The translations under genes were made by a program, and so were the position numbers. A model generated the notes under the pieces. It was not told where the DNA came from. It did no database searches and saw only the letters and a program-made list of their open reading frames with translations. Positions 55,391 to 64,000 of a stretch of DNA of 64,000 bases are shown here, piece after piece. Positions within the stretch are counted from its first letter, which is position 1, and the number at the start of each line of letters is the position of its first letter. Source of the DNA: Candidatus Bacteroides pullicola. GTDB taxonomy: Bacteria > Bacteroidota > Bacteroidia > Bacteroidales > Bacteroidaceae. Where the stretch lies: the NCBI GenBank assembly GCA_019115825.1, contig DXCV01000036.1:20538-84537 (forward strand). The letters run 5' to 3'.

Positions 55391-55460
55391 AGGCGCGGAT
55401 TACACGGTTCGCGGATGGCTTCCCAAAGGATAATCCGTGAAATCCGCGTAATCCGCGCCT
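55391..55460. repeat. Palindromic element with 9-bp periodicity
   Basis: AGGCGCGGATTAC...GTAATCCGCGCCT (13-bp IR); ATCCGTGAA ATCCGCGTA ATCCGCG. Confidence 0.8.
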
Positions 55461-55482
55461 TATATATAAAATAGGTATAACC

Positions 55483-57021
55483 TTACTTAGCGTAGCTCAC
55501 CGCCCGCGTTTCGCGGATGACGGTGATCTTCACCTGACCCGGATAGGTCATTTCGTCCTGAATCTTCTTGGCAATCTCGGTGGACAGGCTTTCAGTCTGC
55601 TTGTCGTCAATCTTGTCGGCTCCGACAATGACGCGCAACTCGCGACCGGCCTGGATGGCGTATGTCTTGGTAACGCCCGGATAGGACATGGCCAGCTGCT
55701 CCAGGTCGTTGAGGCGCTTGATGTAAGCCTCCACAATCTCGCGACGGGCACCGGGGCGGGCACCGGAGATGGCATCGCACACCTGCACGATAGGAGCCAG
55801 CAGGCTGGTCATTTCTACCTCGTCGTGGTGAGCGCCGATGGCGTTGCAGATGTCCGGTTTCTCCTTGAACTTCTCGGCCAGCTTCATGCCATAGAGTGCG
55901 TGCGGCAGTTCCGGCTCTTCGTCGGGCACCTTGCCGATGTCGTGTAACAGACCGGCACGTTTGGCCTTCTTCGGATTCAGACCCAGTTCTGCGGCCATCA
56001 CGGCACAAAGGTTGGCCGTTTCACGGGCGTGCTGCAAGAGGTTCTGTCCGTAGGAGGAACGATATTTCATTTTGCCGATGATGCGAATCAATTCGGGATG
56101 CAGGCCGTGGATGCCCAGGTCGATGGTGGTACGCTTGCCGGTCTCGATGATTTCCTCTTCCACCTGCTTACGGACCTTGGCCACTACTTCCTCGATGCGG
56201 GCGGGATGGATGCGCCCGTCGGTCACCAATTGGTGCAGGGCTAAGCGGGCAATCTCGCGGCGCACAGGGTCGAAGGCAGAGAGTACGATAGCTTCCGGCG
56301 TGTCGTCCACTACGATTTCAACGCCCGTGGCAGCCTCCAAGGCACGGATGTTGCGGCCTTCACGACCGATGATGCGGCCCTTGATTTCATCGGACTCGAT
56401 GTGGAATACGGTGACGGAGTTCTCGATAGCGGTCTCTGTGGCCACTCGCTGGATGGTCTGTATGACGATGCGCTTGGCTTCCTTGTTGGCGGTCATCTTG
56501 GCATCGTCCATGATGTCATTGATGTAGGATTGTGCCTCGGTCTTGGCCTCTTCCTTCAGGGATTCCACCATACGCTCCTTGGCCTCCTCGGCAGACAGGC
56601 CCGATATGGCCTCCAACTTCTCGATTTCCTGACGCTGCAGATGGTCCAACTCTTCCTTCTTCTTGTCAATCACTTCCAACTGTGCCTCCAGGTTGGCCTT
56701 GATGGCATCGGCCTCCTGCTTCTTGCGCTGCAACTCTTCCTGGCGCTGGGTCAGCACCATCTCGCGCTGCTTCAGCTTGTTTTCCGCCTGCTGGATTTTC
56801 TGGTTGCGGGCGGCCACTTCCTTTTCCAAGTCCGCCTTCTTGTTCAGGAATTTCTCCTTCACCTCCAGCAACTTGTTCTTCTTCATCACTTCGGCTTCAT
56901 TCTCAGCTTCTTTCAGGATGTTCTCGTACTTGGACTTCAGTCCGTAGCGGAAGAACACGTATGCCCCCACACCGCCGATGATGAGGCAGGCCACTGATAC
57001 CAATATTGAAACTACGTCCAT
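55483..57021 (-). CDS. rny: Ribonuclease Y
   Basis: N-terminal TM, coiled coil, [12 protein letters not shown] (KH), LLHDIGK (HD). Confidence 0.97.
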   Translation of the reverse strand: MDVVSILVSVACLIIGGVGAYVFFRYGLKSKYENILKEAENEAEVMKKNKLLEVKEKFLNKKADLEKEVAARNQKIQQAENKLKQREMVLTQRQEELQRKKQEADAIKANLEAQLEVIDKKKEELDHLQRQEIEKLEAISGLSAEEAKERMVESLKEEAKTEAQSYINDIMDDAKMTANKEAKRIVIQTIQRVATETAIENSVTVFHIESDEIKGRIIGREGRNIRALEAATGVEIVVDDTPEAIVLSAFDPVRREIARLALHQLVTDGRIHPARIEEVVAKVRKQVEEEIIETGKRTTIDLGIHGLHPELIRIIGKMKYRSSYGQNLLQHARETANLCAVMAAELGLNPKKAKRAGLLHDIGKVPDEEPELPHALYGMKLAEKFKEKPDICNAIGAHHDEVEMTSLLAPIVQVCDAISGARPGARREIVEAYIKRLNDLEQLAMSYPGVTKTYAIQAGRELRVIVGADKIDDKQTESLSTEIAKKIQDEMTYPGQVKITVIRETRAVSYAK

Positions 57022-57046
57022 TTTTTAGAAAGTTTAATATATAAAT

Positions 57047-57095
57047 AAAAAAGCACTGTCAGGAAGCCCTCTTGCGAAGACTTCCCAAACAGTGC
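57047..57095 (-). terminator. Terminator-like hairpin between zapA and rny
   Basis: Minus strand GCACTGT-TTGGGAAG...CTTCCTG-ACAGTGC followed by TTTTTTATTT. Confidence 0.65.
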
Positions 57096-57152
57096 GTGAT
57101 GGTTTCTTTCTTGTTACGTCCGTTTTGTCCGGCTGTTAACGGGATAAGACTT

Positions 57153-57446
57153 TTATGTCGTTTCCCGGAAATGCTCGTCCAAGACTTCCGTCAGTTCCTT
57201 GATTTTCTCTTTATAAGGCTCCGTATCATTGCGGTCCTGCTGGTCGAGGGCTTGCAAAGCAAACTCGAAAGCGGTCATGGCAATAATTTTTTCCGGCGAA
57301 ACATCCGGATTCTCCTGTTGATTCAGGTTGAACCTTATGTTTACCTGCTTGGCGGCTTCCCTCACCCGTTGCTCGTCCTCTCGGGCGATGGTGACAGGGT
57401 AAGTTGTTCCTGCCATGAGCAGGTTGATTTTTATCTTATCGTTCAT
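57153..57446 (-). CDS. zapA: Cell division protein ZapA
   Basis: TYPVTI..EDEQRVREAAK; position upstream of rny. Confidence 0.8.
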   Translation of the reverse strand: MNDKIKINLLMAGTTYPVTIAREDEQRVREAAKQVNIRFNLNQQENPDVSPEKIIAMTAFEFALQALDQQDRNDTEPYKEKIKELTEVLDEHFRETT

Positions 57447-57465
57447 ACATCTCTTTCTTCTACGG

Positions 57466-57759
57466 TTATTCGTTCAGCAAGGCGATGCATTTATCCACTT
57501 CACGCACTAATCGCGACAGCCGTGCTTTCGTCTCCCGCACATCGTTACCGTCCAAACTGATGGCCGTGGCCGCTTTCAGGTCTTTGTAACGCTGTGCCAG
57601 TTGCTCGTAATCGGCTTGCAGTTGTGTCCGCGCCTCTTCCGTTTCCTCCAGTTGCCGCTTCAAATCGGCGTTCTCTCGCTTTTGTTCCTCATGCAGGTAA
57701 AGCAAGTGTCTCAACCGGGTTTCAAAGGTACTTAATAGCTGCTTTCCGTCGTCTGTCAT
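57466..57759 (-). CDS. Coiled-coil protein, ZapB-like
   Basis: Heptad-rich; C-terminal LVREVDKCIALLN; upstream of zapA. Confidence 0.7.
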   Translation of the reverse strand: MTDDGKQLLSTFETRLRHLLYLHEEQKRENADLKRQLEETEEARTQLQADYEQLAQRYKDLKAATAISLDGNDVRETKARLSRLVREVDKCIALLNE

Positions 57760-57981
57760 GGCTATTTCACCAAAAAATCACACAAATATACAATTTACTT
57801 GCATATTACAAAAACTTTTCGGGGGAAAAAGTCGTTTTCGGGTGCATTTTTCCTGATTTTGTCGGGTTTTGGAGGAAGAAATGAGGCTTAACGGACGCAA
57901 AGCGTCTTATTTTCGGTTATCTCAGAACTTTTTGGGTTGCGAAGTGTTTATAAAGTATATGAATCTTATAAATGAACTGAG

Positions 57982-58941
57982 ATGAAGAAACTATTATTTT
58001 TGGCAGCCCTTGCCTTGTTGGCCGTGGGTTGTGACGATGATTCCGCTACCGGTGGCGAAGAAACGACTGAACTCATTGCGCCTGCACTCTATATGGACGT
58101 GGTTACAAGCGATGGGAACAAGCCATTCACCGGCGTGTTGAGTATAGCTCCGTGTACGGAGGGAACCTCGATTTATTATGGCAACTATGTCAACAGCAAG
58201 TTGAGTCCCTTCTATGGCTATTATTTTGTGCAGAATGGGGAGTTGTATGACAGCGATTCCAATCGTGAATTGTATCTGCCTGTGGGCAATTACGAGATGG
58301 TGTATTGGGGGACGCCTAAATATGAGGAGCCCATTTATGCCTATCCTGCAGTGCGTGAGCCGGCTTACAGTATCGGTGGGGACATGGCCCAGCAGGATTT
58401 CACGTTGCTGAAGATGTCCGACAGTGATGCGTATTATCCCACTTACGATCTTGTGTTTGCTTGCCATCCGGTGAAGGTGGGCACGGAGGATCTGGATGCG
58501 GTCTTGAAGCGCGTGGTGGCCGGGCTGAAAATCATCCTGAAGGACAAGGACGGCCAAGTATTGAGCACCGAGATTACGAATGTGGAGGTGCGTGTGACCA
58601 ACATCTATGAGAAGCTGAATGCCTATACGGCCAAGCCTCATGGCAACCCGTGTACGGTGGCTTTTCCCTTGGTGCGCTCCACTGATGGCCTGCAGATGAG
58701 CAACGGAATCGTGATGCTGTTTCCTTCCGTCGGCATACCGGAGTTGCAGTTGAACATCTCTTTGGCAGACGGGCAGATCAAGCACATCAACCAACAGTTG
58801 AAACAGCCATTGGAGGCCAACAACAAGCTGACGTTGACCATCAGCATCGGTGATATCTTTGAAGAAGAAACTTCGGGCAGCGTCACCGTCGATGAGTGGA
58901 ACGAGAATCACGAGGAAATTGACGTGCCGGTGTTGCAATAA
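57982..58941 (+). CDS. Lipoprotein, FimB/Mfa2-like (type V pilus related)
   Basis: LAVGC lipobox followed by DDD; LPVGNYEMVYWG, LKRVVAGL, NNKLTL, VDEW-type tail. Confidence 0.6.
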   Translation: MKKLLFLAALALLAVGCDDDSATGGEETTELIAPALYMDVVTSDGNKPFTGVLSIAPCTEGTSIYYGNYVNSKLSPFYGYYFVQNGELYDSDSNRELYLPVGNYEMVYWGTPKYEEPIYAYPAVREPAYSIGGDMAQQDFTLLKMSDSDAYYPTYDLVFACHPVKVGTEDLDAVLKRVVAGLKIILKDKDGQVLSTEITNVEVRVTNIYEKLNAYTAKPHGNPCTVAFPLVRSTDGLQMSNGIVMLFPSVGIPELQLNISLADGQIKHINQQLKQPLEANNKLTLTISIGDIFEEETSGSVTVDEWNENHEEIDVPVLQ

Positions 58942-58961
58942 GTCTTTCAATACCTATATGG

Positions 58962-59012
58962 AATTGCGTGAAGCGTATTCTCCGGGTGGAGAAGCTGCTT
59001 CACGCAATTTTT
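58962..59012. terminator. Terminator between convergent genes
   Basis: AATTGCGTGAAGC/GCTTCACGCAATT 13-bp stem followed by a T-run. Confidence 0.75.
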
Positions 59013-59028
59013 GTGTGCAGAATCAAAG

Positions 59029-60831
59029 TCATTCTACCATTGCAATCCCCATCTTTCCCATCAGGAAGCAGGCGTTCATGTTCTGCGCCACGCCCTCCCG
59101 CAGCCGGTAGCTGAAGGTCAGTGTGTCGCCCGTGATGTCGGCCTCGAAGCAGCGGTTGTGGATTTGGTCGGGGAAGGCATCGGCCAGGGTGCCGAGGGCG
59201 AGGTCGTGCGTGGCGATGATGCCGTTGGCCCGGAGCGTCATGAACTGGCGGATGAGGGCCAGCGAACCTTTCTGCTTGTCGGTGGAGTTGGTGCCTTTCA
59301 GGATTTCGTCGAGGATGATGAAGAGGCGTTCGCCTTGCTGCAGCTTGTCGATGATGAGCTTCAGGCGTTTCAGTTCGGCGAAGAAGTAGGACTCGTTGTC
59401 GGTCAGGGAGTCGCTGGTGCGCAGGCTGGTGACGAGGCGGACGGGCGTCAGCTCCATCCGGGTGGCACAGACCGGCGCGCCGATGCAGGCCAGGAGATAG
59501 TTAATGCCCACGGTGCGCAGGTAGGTGCTCTTGCCCGCCATGTTGGCACCGGTGATGATGATGAATTCCGGGCGGCGGTTCATCTCGAAATCGTTGCGCA
59601 CACAGCGGTCGGCGGGCATCAGCGGATGGCCCAGGGCGGTGGCACGGAAGCGGAAGGACTCGTCCGTGGGGGCGATGAGAGTGGGGTAGGTGTAGTCCGG
59701 ATGGTTGTAGGCAAAGGTGGCGAGGGACAGCAGCGCGTCCATCCGGCCGATGGCGTCGAGCCAGGCGGGCAGGGTGGCGGCATGTTGCTCTTTCCACCGC
59801 TCGATGCGCATGATTTGCCAAAGCTCCCAGAAGAAGGTGCCGTTCAGCACGGTGTACATCAGGTAGTTGTTGCGCTGGTCCAGCTCGTTCATCAGCTTGC
59901 TGAGGCGGAGGATGGCGTGCGAGGCGCGGCCGCTCTCCTCCTTGATGTCCGCCAGCAGCTTGGATTGCAGCGGTTGTCCGTCCATCAGGCGGAGCAGACG
60001 GGCGTAGGTGCCCAGTATCTGGAGCTTCTTGCCGTAGACATTCTGTACGCGGGTGACCTTGCCCGTGAAGAGGAAGCTCAGCAGCACGAACGCTATCCAC
60101 AGGGTGCCCCAAGTGGAGGCCGGCATCATCCCGGCCAGTACGAGCAGGAGGCAGAGGACATTGGCACCGCCCACCACATAGGGCAGGGCGCGAAGCACGG
60201 GGCGGTTGCGGAACGTCGTGGGACTGGTGGCCCATGCCCGCAGTTCGGCTTCATCGGCACGCTGGCCCTTGTGTAGCAGGCCCAGGATGCGGAAGCGTTG
60301 GCGGAAGTCGGTCAAGGTGGCCAATTCCTGCACGGCGGCCTGCCGGGTTTCTATCTCCTCTTTATTCTCCAGGTGCTGACCCAGCCAGGCAACCAAGCGG
60401 GCTTGTCCAGGTTGCGTGCAGGTGCGGTTGAGGCAGGGGAAGAGCGTGCGCGGCCCATAGACATCGAGGTCGAAGGCGTAGAGATGCGCCGGGTCGATGT
60501 ATTCCGCACCGTCGTCGAAGGCGGAGGTGTCCAGCGCCAGCGCAGCCAGCTCCTGCCGGTTGATTTCGGCCTCCTTCTCCAGATAGTCCTTACGGCGGAA
60601 CAGTCGGTTGTGGTACTTGACGAGGGCCAGGAAAGGCAGCATTGTCACGGCCAGTGCGCCGCCCCATGCCCACCAGCCGTCATGGCGCAGGGCGATGGCC
60701 GCCGCGATGCCTCCCACGAAGAGGACGACGCGCAGCAGGCTGATGCGGTATATCTGTTGTTGTACTTGGTGTTGGCTCTTTTCTGCTCGCTCCGCCCGTT
60801 GGCGGTAGTCGGTGGCGATTTCAGTTTGCAT
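59029..60831 (-). CDS. Membrane-anchored MutS-like ATPase lacking the mismatch-binding domain
   Basis: TGANMAGKSTYLR, SYFFAEL, ILDEILKGTN, ATHD; two pairs of hydrophobic segments. Confidence 0.88.
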   Translation of the reverse strand: MQTEIATDYRQRAERAEKSQHQVQQQIYRISLLRVVLFVGGIAAAIALRHDGWWAWGGALAVTMLPFLALVKYHNRLFRRKDYLEKEAEINRQELAALALDTSAFDDGAEYIDPAHLYAFDLDVYGPRTLFPCLNRTCTQPGQARLVAWLGQHLENKEEIETRQAAVQELATLTDFRQRFRILGLLHKGQRADEAELRAWATSPTTFRNRPVLRALPYVVGGANVLCLLLVLAGMMPASTWGTLWIAFVLLSFLFTGKVTRVQNVYGKKLQILGTYARLLRLMDGQPLQSKLLADIKEESGRASHAILRLSKLMNELDQRNNYLMYTVLNGTFFWELWQIMRIERWKEQHAATLPAWLDAIGRMDALLSLATFAYNHPDYTYPTLIAPTDESFRFRATALGHPLMPADRCVRNDFEMNRRPEFIIITGANMAGKSTYLRTVGINYLLACIGAPVCATRMELTPVRLVTSLRTSDSLTDNESYFFAELKRLKLIIDKLQQGERLFIILDEILKGTNSTDKQKGSLALIRQFMTLRANGIIATHDLALGTLADAFPDQIHNRCFEADITGDTLTFSYRLREGVAQNMNACFLMGKMGIAMVE

Positions 60832-60852
60832 AATTGATCATTTATCGGTAAT

Positions 60853-60952
60853 GGCACGCAGATGACACAGATTAAACTGATTTACGCAGATTCTTTATTA
60901 TCTGCCTGATAAAATCTGCGGTCATCTGTCCAATCTGTGTTATCTGTGTGCC
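60853..60952. repeat. 100-bp palindromic element with 9-bp periodic CAGAT/ATCTG units
   Basis: GGCACGCAGATGACACAGATT...AATCTGTGTTATCTGTGTGCC. Confidence 0.85.
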
Positions 60953-60960
60953 CTTATTTG

Positions 60961-61608
60961 TTATTCTTTCTCTTGCGGATGCTTGCGGTATTCGTGTATG
61001 AACTCGTCCAGCGCGATGGCTCCCTTGGGCGTGGAGATACCGCGCAGGAAGGTGAACATGATGGATTCGTACACGTCCAGGAAGGGATACGTCTTGCACA
61101 GGTCGCTCTCCATCAGGATGTCTATCTGTGCCCGGAGCAGGTGGTTGACGATGGGGAAGTTGATGTCGTCGCGGAAGAAGCCCTGCCGCACGCCCTCGCG
61201 GAAGAAGTTGACGGCATCCTCCGTGGTGCGGTTGTTGCCGTTGCGCAGGAATTCGTAGGCGCGGGGATACTTCTGGATGTCCTCGAAGAAGCGGCGGCTG
61301 GTGGCGTGGAAGCGCTCAATGCTGCGCTGGTACTTCTTCAGCAGGATTTCCAGCACGTTGCATGATTCGGCAAGCTGCTGCATATAGGCGAGCTCCTCCT
61401 CCATCTCCCGGCGGATGCACTCGATGAGCAGTGTTTCCTTGTCCGCAAACATCTCGTAGAGCGTGCGCTTGGAGATGCCAAACGAGGTGGCGATGTCGTC
61501 CATCGTGATGCTCTTGATGCCATGCTGGGCAAAAAGTTGGCCGGCGGCTTCGATGATTTTCTCTTTCAGTTCCCGGCGGGCGGAGGGGTGTCTGGCTGGT
61601 TCGTTCAT
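60961..61608 (-). CDS. TetR/AcrR-family regulator
   Basis: GIKSITMDDIA..GISKRTLY..F.DKE; TAACTTTG promoter near 61634-61641 (minus). Confidence 0.92.
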   Translation of the reverse strand: MNEPARHPSARRELKEKIIEAAGQLFAQHGIKSITMDDIATSFGISKRTLYEMFADKETLLIECIRREMEEELAYMQQLAESCNVLEILLKKYQRSIERFHATSRRFFEDIQKYPRAYEFLRNGNNRTTEDAVNFFREGVRQGFFRDDINFPIVNHLLRAQIDILMESDLCKTYPFLDVYESIMFTFLRGISTPKGAIALDEFIHEYRKHPQEKE

Positions 61609-61736
61609 AGTCCTGTCCTTGTTAATCTGCATGCAAAGTTAGGAAAGAAAACTCAATTGGCAAGCCGCGTTTCCACTTTTCTGCCTAAGGCAGGGGAAAA
61701 TGTTTGTCCATGGTGGGGGAAATAGCTGGGTATCCT

Positions 61737-61886
61737 TGGGGAAAAACTGTCTTTTGCCGTGTCGAAGTTATACCTTTAGGCTGAAGGTTTATACCTTTAG
61801 CCTAAAGTTGTACACCTTTAGCTTAAAGTTTTATACCTTTAGGCTAAAGGTATAACTTATCCACGGGGAAACAAAAGTTTTCCCCA
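61737..61886. repeat. Inverted-repeat-bounded element containing a 21-bp tandem array (family C)
   Basis: (T/C)ACCTTTAG at 61771, 61792, 61813, 61834; AAGTTATACCTTTAG/CTAAAGGTATAACTT perfect 15-bp IR; outer TGGGGAAAA/TTTTCCCCA. Confidence 0.85.
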
Positions 61887-61941
61887 CCGCAGGCGATGCT
61901 TTTCGTCTACGGTGGGGAATGATTTTGGGTTACGAAGGGCG

Positions 61942-63438
61942 TCAGAAGTCGAACTTCGTGCGGTTCAGGAAGGCGACGGTCTTGTGTATCTCCTTGTACA
62001 TCACGATGTCGTCCTGTACGAAGGGCACCTCCTTGCGGTATTCTTTGAGGAAGCGTTCCAGCAGGGGCGATGTCTTGAGCGGGCGGCGGAACTCAATGCC
62101 CTGTGCGGCGTTCATCAGTTCGATGGCGAGGATGTGGTCCAGGTTGTCCATGATGCGGAACAGCTTGGTGGCGGCGTTGGCGCCCATGCTGACGTGGTCC
62201 TCCTGGCCGTTGCTGGAGACGATGGAGTCGGACGACGCGGCGTAGCAGTACATCTTGTTCTGGCTGACCATGGATGCGGCGGCGTATTGCGGAATCATGA
62301 AGCCGGAGTTCAGTCCCGGGTTGGCCACCAGGAATTCGGGCAGTCCGCGCAGGCCCATGATGAGTTGCGCCACGCGCCGCTCGGAGATGTTGCCCAGTTC
62401 GGCCAAGGCGATGCCCAGGTAGTCGTAGACCAGTGCGAGGGGTTGGCCGTGGAAGTTGCCGCCGGAGATGATGAGGTCCTCGTCGGGGAAGATGGTGGGG
62501 TTGTCCGTCACCGAATTGATTTCCGTCAGCAGCACCGAGGCCGTGTGGCGGATGGCATCTTTCGTGGCGCCGTGCACTTGTGGCACGCAGCGGAAGGAGT
62601 AGGGGTCCTGCACGTGCTCCTTGGGGCGGGAGATGAGTTCGCTGCCCTCCAGCAGGCGGCGGAAATTGTCGCCCGTCTCTATCTGTCCTTGGTGTGGACG
62701 GATTTGCTGGATACAATCCATAAAGGGGTCGATGCGTCCGTCGAAGGCTTCGAGCGACAGGGCGGCGATGAGGTCGGCTCGGCGCGACAGGCGTTGGGCC
62801 TTGAGGATGGCAAAGACGCCGTTGGCCGACATGAACTGCGTGCCGTTCAGCAGGGCCAGTCCCTCCTTGCTCATCAGGCGGACAGGCTCCCAGCCGAACT
62901 CGTCGAGCACGCTGATGGCCTCGCGCTTCTTTCCTTTATAATATACGTCGCCCACGCCGATGAGGGGCAGGAAGAGGTTGGCCAGCGGGGCGAGGTCGCC
63001 CGATGCGCCCAGCGAGCCGCGGTCGTAGACGATGGGCAGGACGTCGTTGTTGAAGAAGTCCAGGATGCGCTGCACGGTGATGACCTGCACGCCGCTGTGC
63101 CCCAGCGACAGAGCGTGGGCCTTGAGCAGCATCATCAGCTTGACGATGACGGGGCGTATCTCCTCGCCCACGCTGCACGCATGGCTCTTGATGAGGTTCT
63201 CTTGCAGGGTGCCCAGCTCGTCGGCGGAGATATTCTTGTTGCACAGCGAGCCGAAGCCCGTGGTGATGCCGTAGAGGGGGACGTCGGACTCGGCAATCTT
63301 CCGGTCCAGGTAGTCGCGGCACCGCTGGATGCGTTCCTTGGCTTCCGGGGCCAGTTCCAGCTTCAGGTTCTCGGTCAGGATGCGTTCGATGAGTTCGAAG
63401 GACAGGTCACTTGAACCGATTTGGTATACATTGTTCAT
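61942..63438 (-). CDS. hutH: Histidine ammonia-lyase
   Basis: YGITTGFG, GSLGASGDLAPL (MIO motif), QDPYSFRC, QEDHVSMG. Confidence 0.97.
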   Translation of the reverse strand: MNNVYQIGSSDLSFELIERILTENLKLELAPEAKERIQRCRDYLDRKIAESDVPLYGITTGFGSLCNKNISADELGTLQENLIKSHACSVGEEIRPVIVKLMMLLKAHALSLGHSGVQVITVQRILDFFNNDVLPIVYDRGSLGASGDLAPLANLFLPLIGVGDVYYKGKKREAISVLDEFGWEPVRLMSKEGLALLNGTQFMSANGVFAILKAQRLSRRADLIAALSLEAFDGRIDPFMDCIQQIRPHQGQIETGDNFRRLLEGSELISRPKEHVQDPYSFRCVPQVHGATKDAIRHTASVLLTEINSVTDNPTIFPDEDLIISGGNFHGQPLALVYDYLGIALAELGNISERRVAQLIMGLRGLPEFLVANPGLNSGFMIPQYAAASMVSQNKMYCYAASSDSIVSSNGQEDHVSMGANAATKLFRIMDNLDHILAIELMNAAQGIEFRRPLKTSPLLERFLKEYRKEVPFVQDDIVMYKEIHKTVAFLNRTKFDF

Positions 63439-64000
63439 ACGCGTAGTTCTTGGTTAATCTGTTGCAGTAGTTCTTGTTCGTGGGCAATGGCTTGTCGCTC
63501 CAGCTCGTCGGCCTCGGCTTGCAGGCGTGCCACCAGTTCCTGGTCCTTTAGGGAAGAGAGGTTGATGCGCACGTTCAGCAGGGCGGCGAGGACGGCGTTG
63601 CGGGCAGAGAGCATGGCCACGCAGGCATCGGTGACGGCGTTCTGGTTACCCCGGCGGGCCACTTCGGCGATGCGGGGCATCAGGGCGTAGGCACGGCGGG
63701 CCACTTCCAAGGGTACCTCGGCGGCGTACTTCGTGGCCTCCTGGATGGCGGCGGAGCGGGCGGCCTTCTCCTCGTCCGTCTCCTTGGGCATCTTGAAGCA
63801 GGCGAAGACGCGGTCGTAGGCTTCGCTGTCGCGGTCCACGTCGGCGATGAAGTCGGCCATCAGTCCCTCGGTTTCTTGGGCGATGGCTTGCATCAGGTCT
63901 TGCACGTCGGCATACTTCTTCTTGCCGATGGTCAGGTGGGCTACCATGGCGGCCAGGGCCGAAGCCAGGGCGCCGTTCAGGGCGGCGATGCTTCCTCCGC
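63435..64000 (-). CDS. Formiminotetrahydrofolate cyclodeaminase/cyclohydrolase family, 5' end outside the window
   Basis: GGSIAALNGALASALAAMVAHLTIGKKKY, GNQNAVTD, NVRINL; overlaps the hutH start. Confidence 0.85.
   Translation of the reverse strand, partial: GGSIAALNGALASALAAMVAHLTIGKKKYADVQDLMQAIAQETEGLMADFIADVDRDSEAYDRVFACFKMPKETDEEKAARSAAIQEATKYAAEVPLEVARRAYALMPRIAEVARRGNQNAVTDACVAMLSARNAVLAALLNVRINLSSLKDQELVARLQAEADELERQAIAHEQELLQQINQELRV

Noticed and set aside
57022-57152. 6S RNA after zapA, as in many bacteria
   Set aside because: Only about 130 nt, with no long rod and central bubble visible; looks like a terminator hairpin
39484-63690. Many overlapping alternative-frame ORFs in the GC-rich right half
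   Set aside because: Expected from stop-codon scarcity at high GC3; each overlaps a well-supported gene

Overview
Core-genome segment of a gut-type Bacteroidales (Bacteroides/Phocaeicola-like) chromosome, judged from TTTG-N19-TAnnTTTG promoters, gene order and protein sequences. About 4.3-37.8 kb is the translation/transcription supercluster: rpsU-xerC-hpf, tRNAs, tuf, secE-nusG, rplKAJL, rpoBC, then the str, S10, spc and alpha operons. rpoC carries a single-base frameshift (GGG at 16447-16449), and the tRNA-Gly expected in the pre-tuf tRNA run is absent. The more GC-rich flanks hold housekeeping and metabolic genes: pepP, an Fsr-type MFS, a PduO-type adenosyltransferase, an SLC13 permease, a beta-mannan operon (GH26-GH130-symporter-epimerase-SGNH esterase), a three-gene biotin carboxylase, a large transglutaminase-like lipoprotein, cutC, zapB-zapA-rny, an orphan FimB/Mfa2-like lipoprotein, a membrane MutS-like ATPase, a TetR regulator and hut genes. 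I see no prophage, IS, CRISPR array or defence island. The least explained structure is intergenic. There are short arrays of 21-22-bp internally palindromic units in at least three sequence families, one with a compensatory base change, plus 9-bp-periodic palindromes and a 45-codon ORF with its own promoter and terminator. All calls come from reading the sequence; no searches were run.
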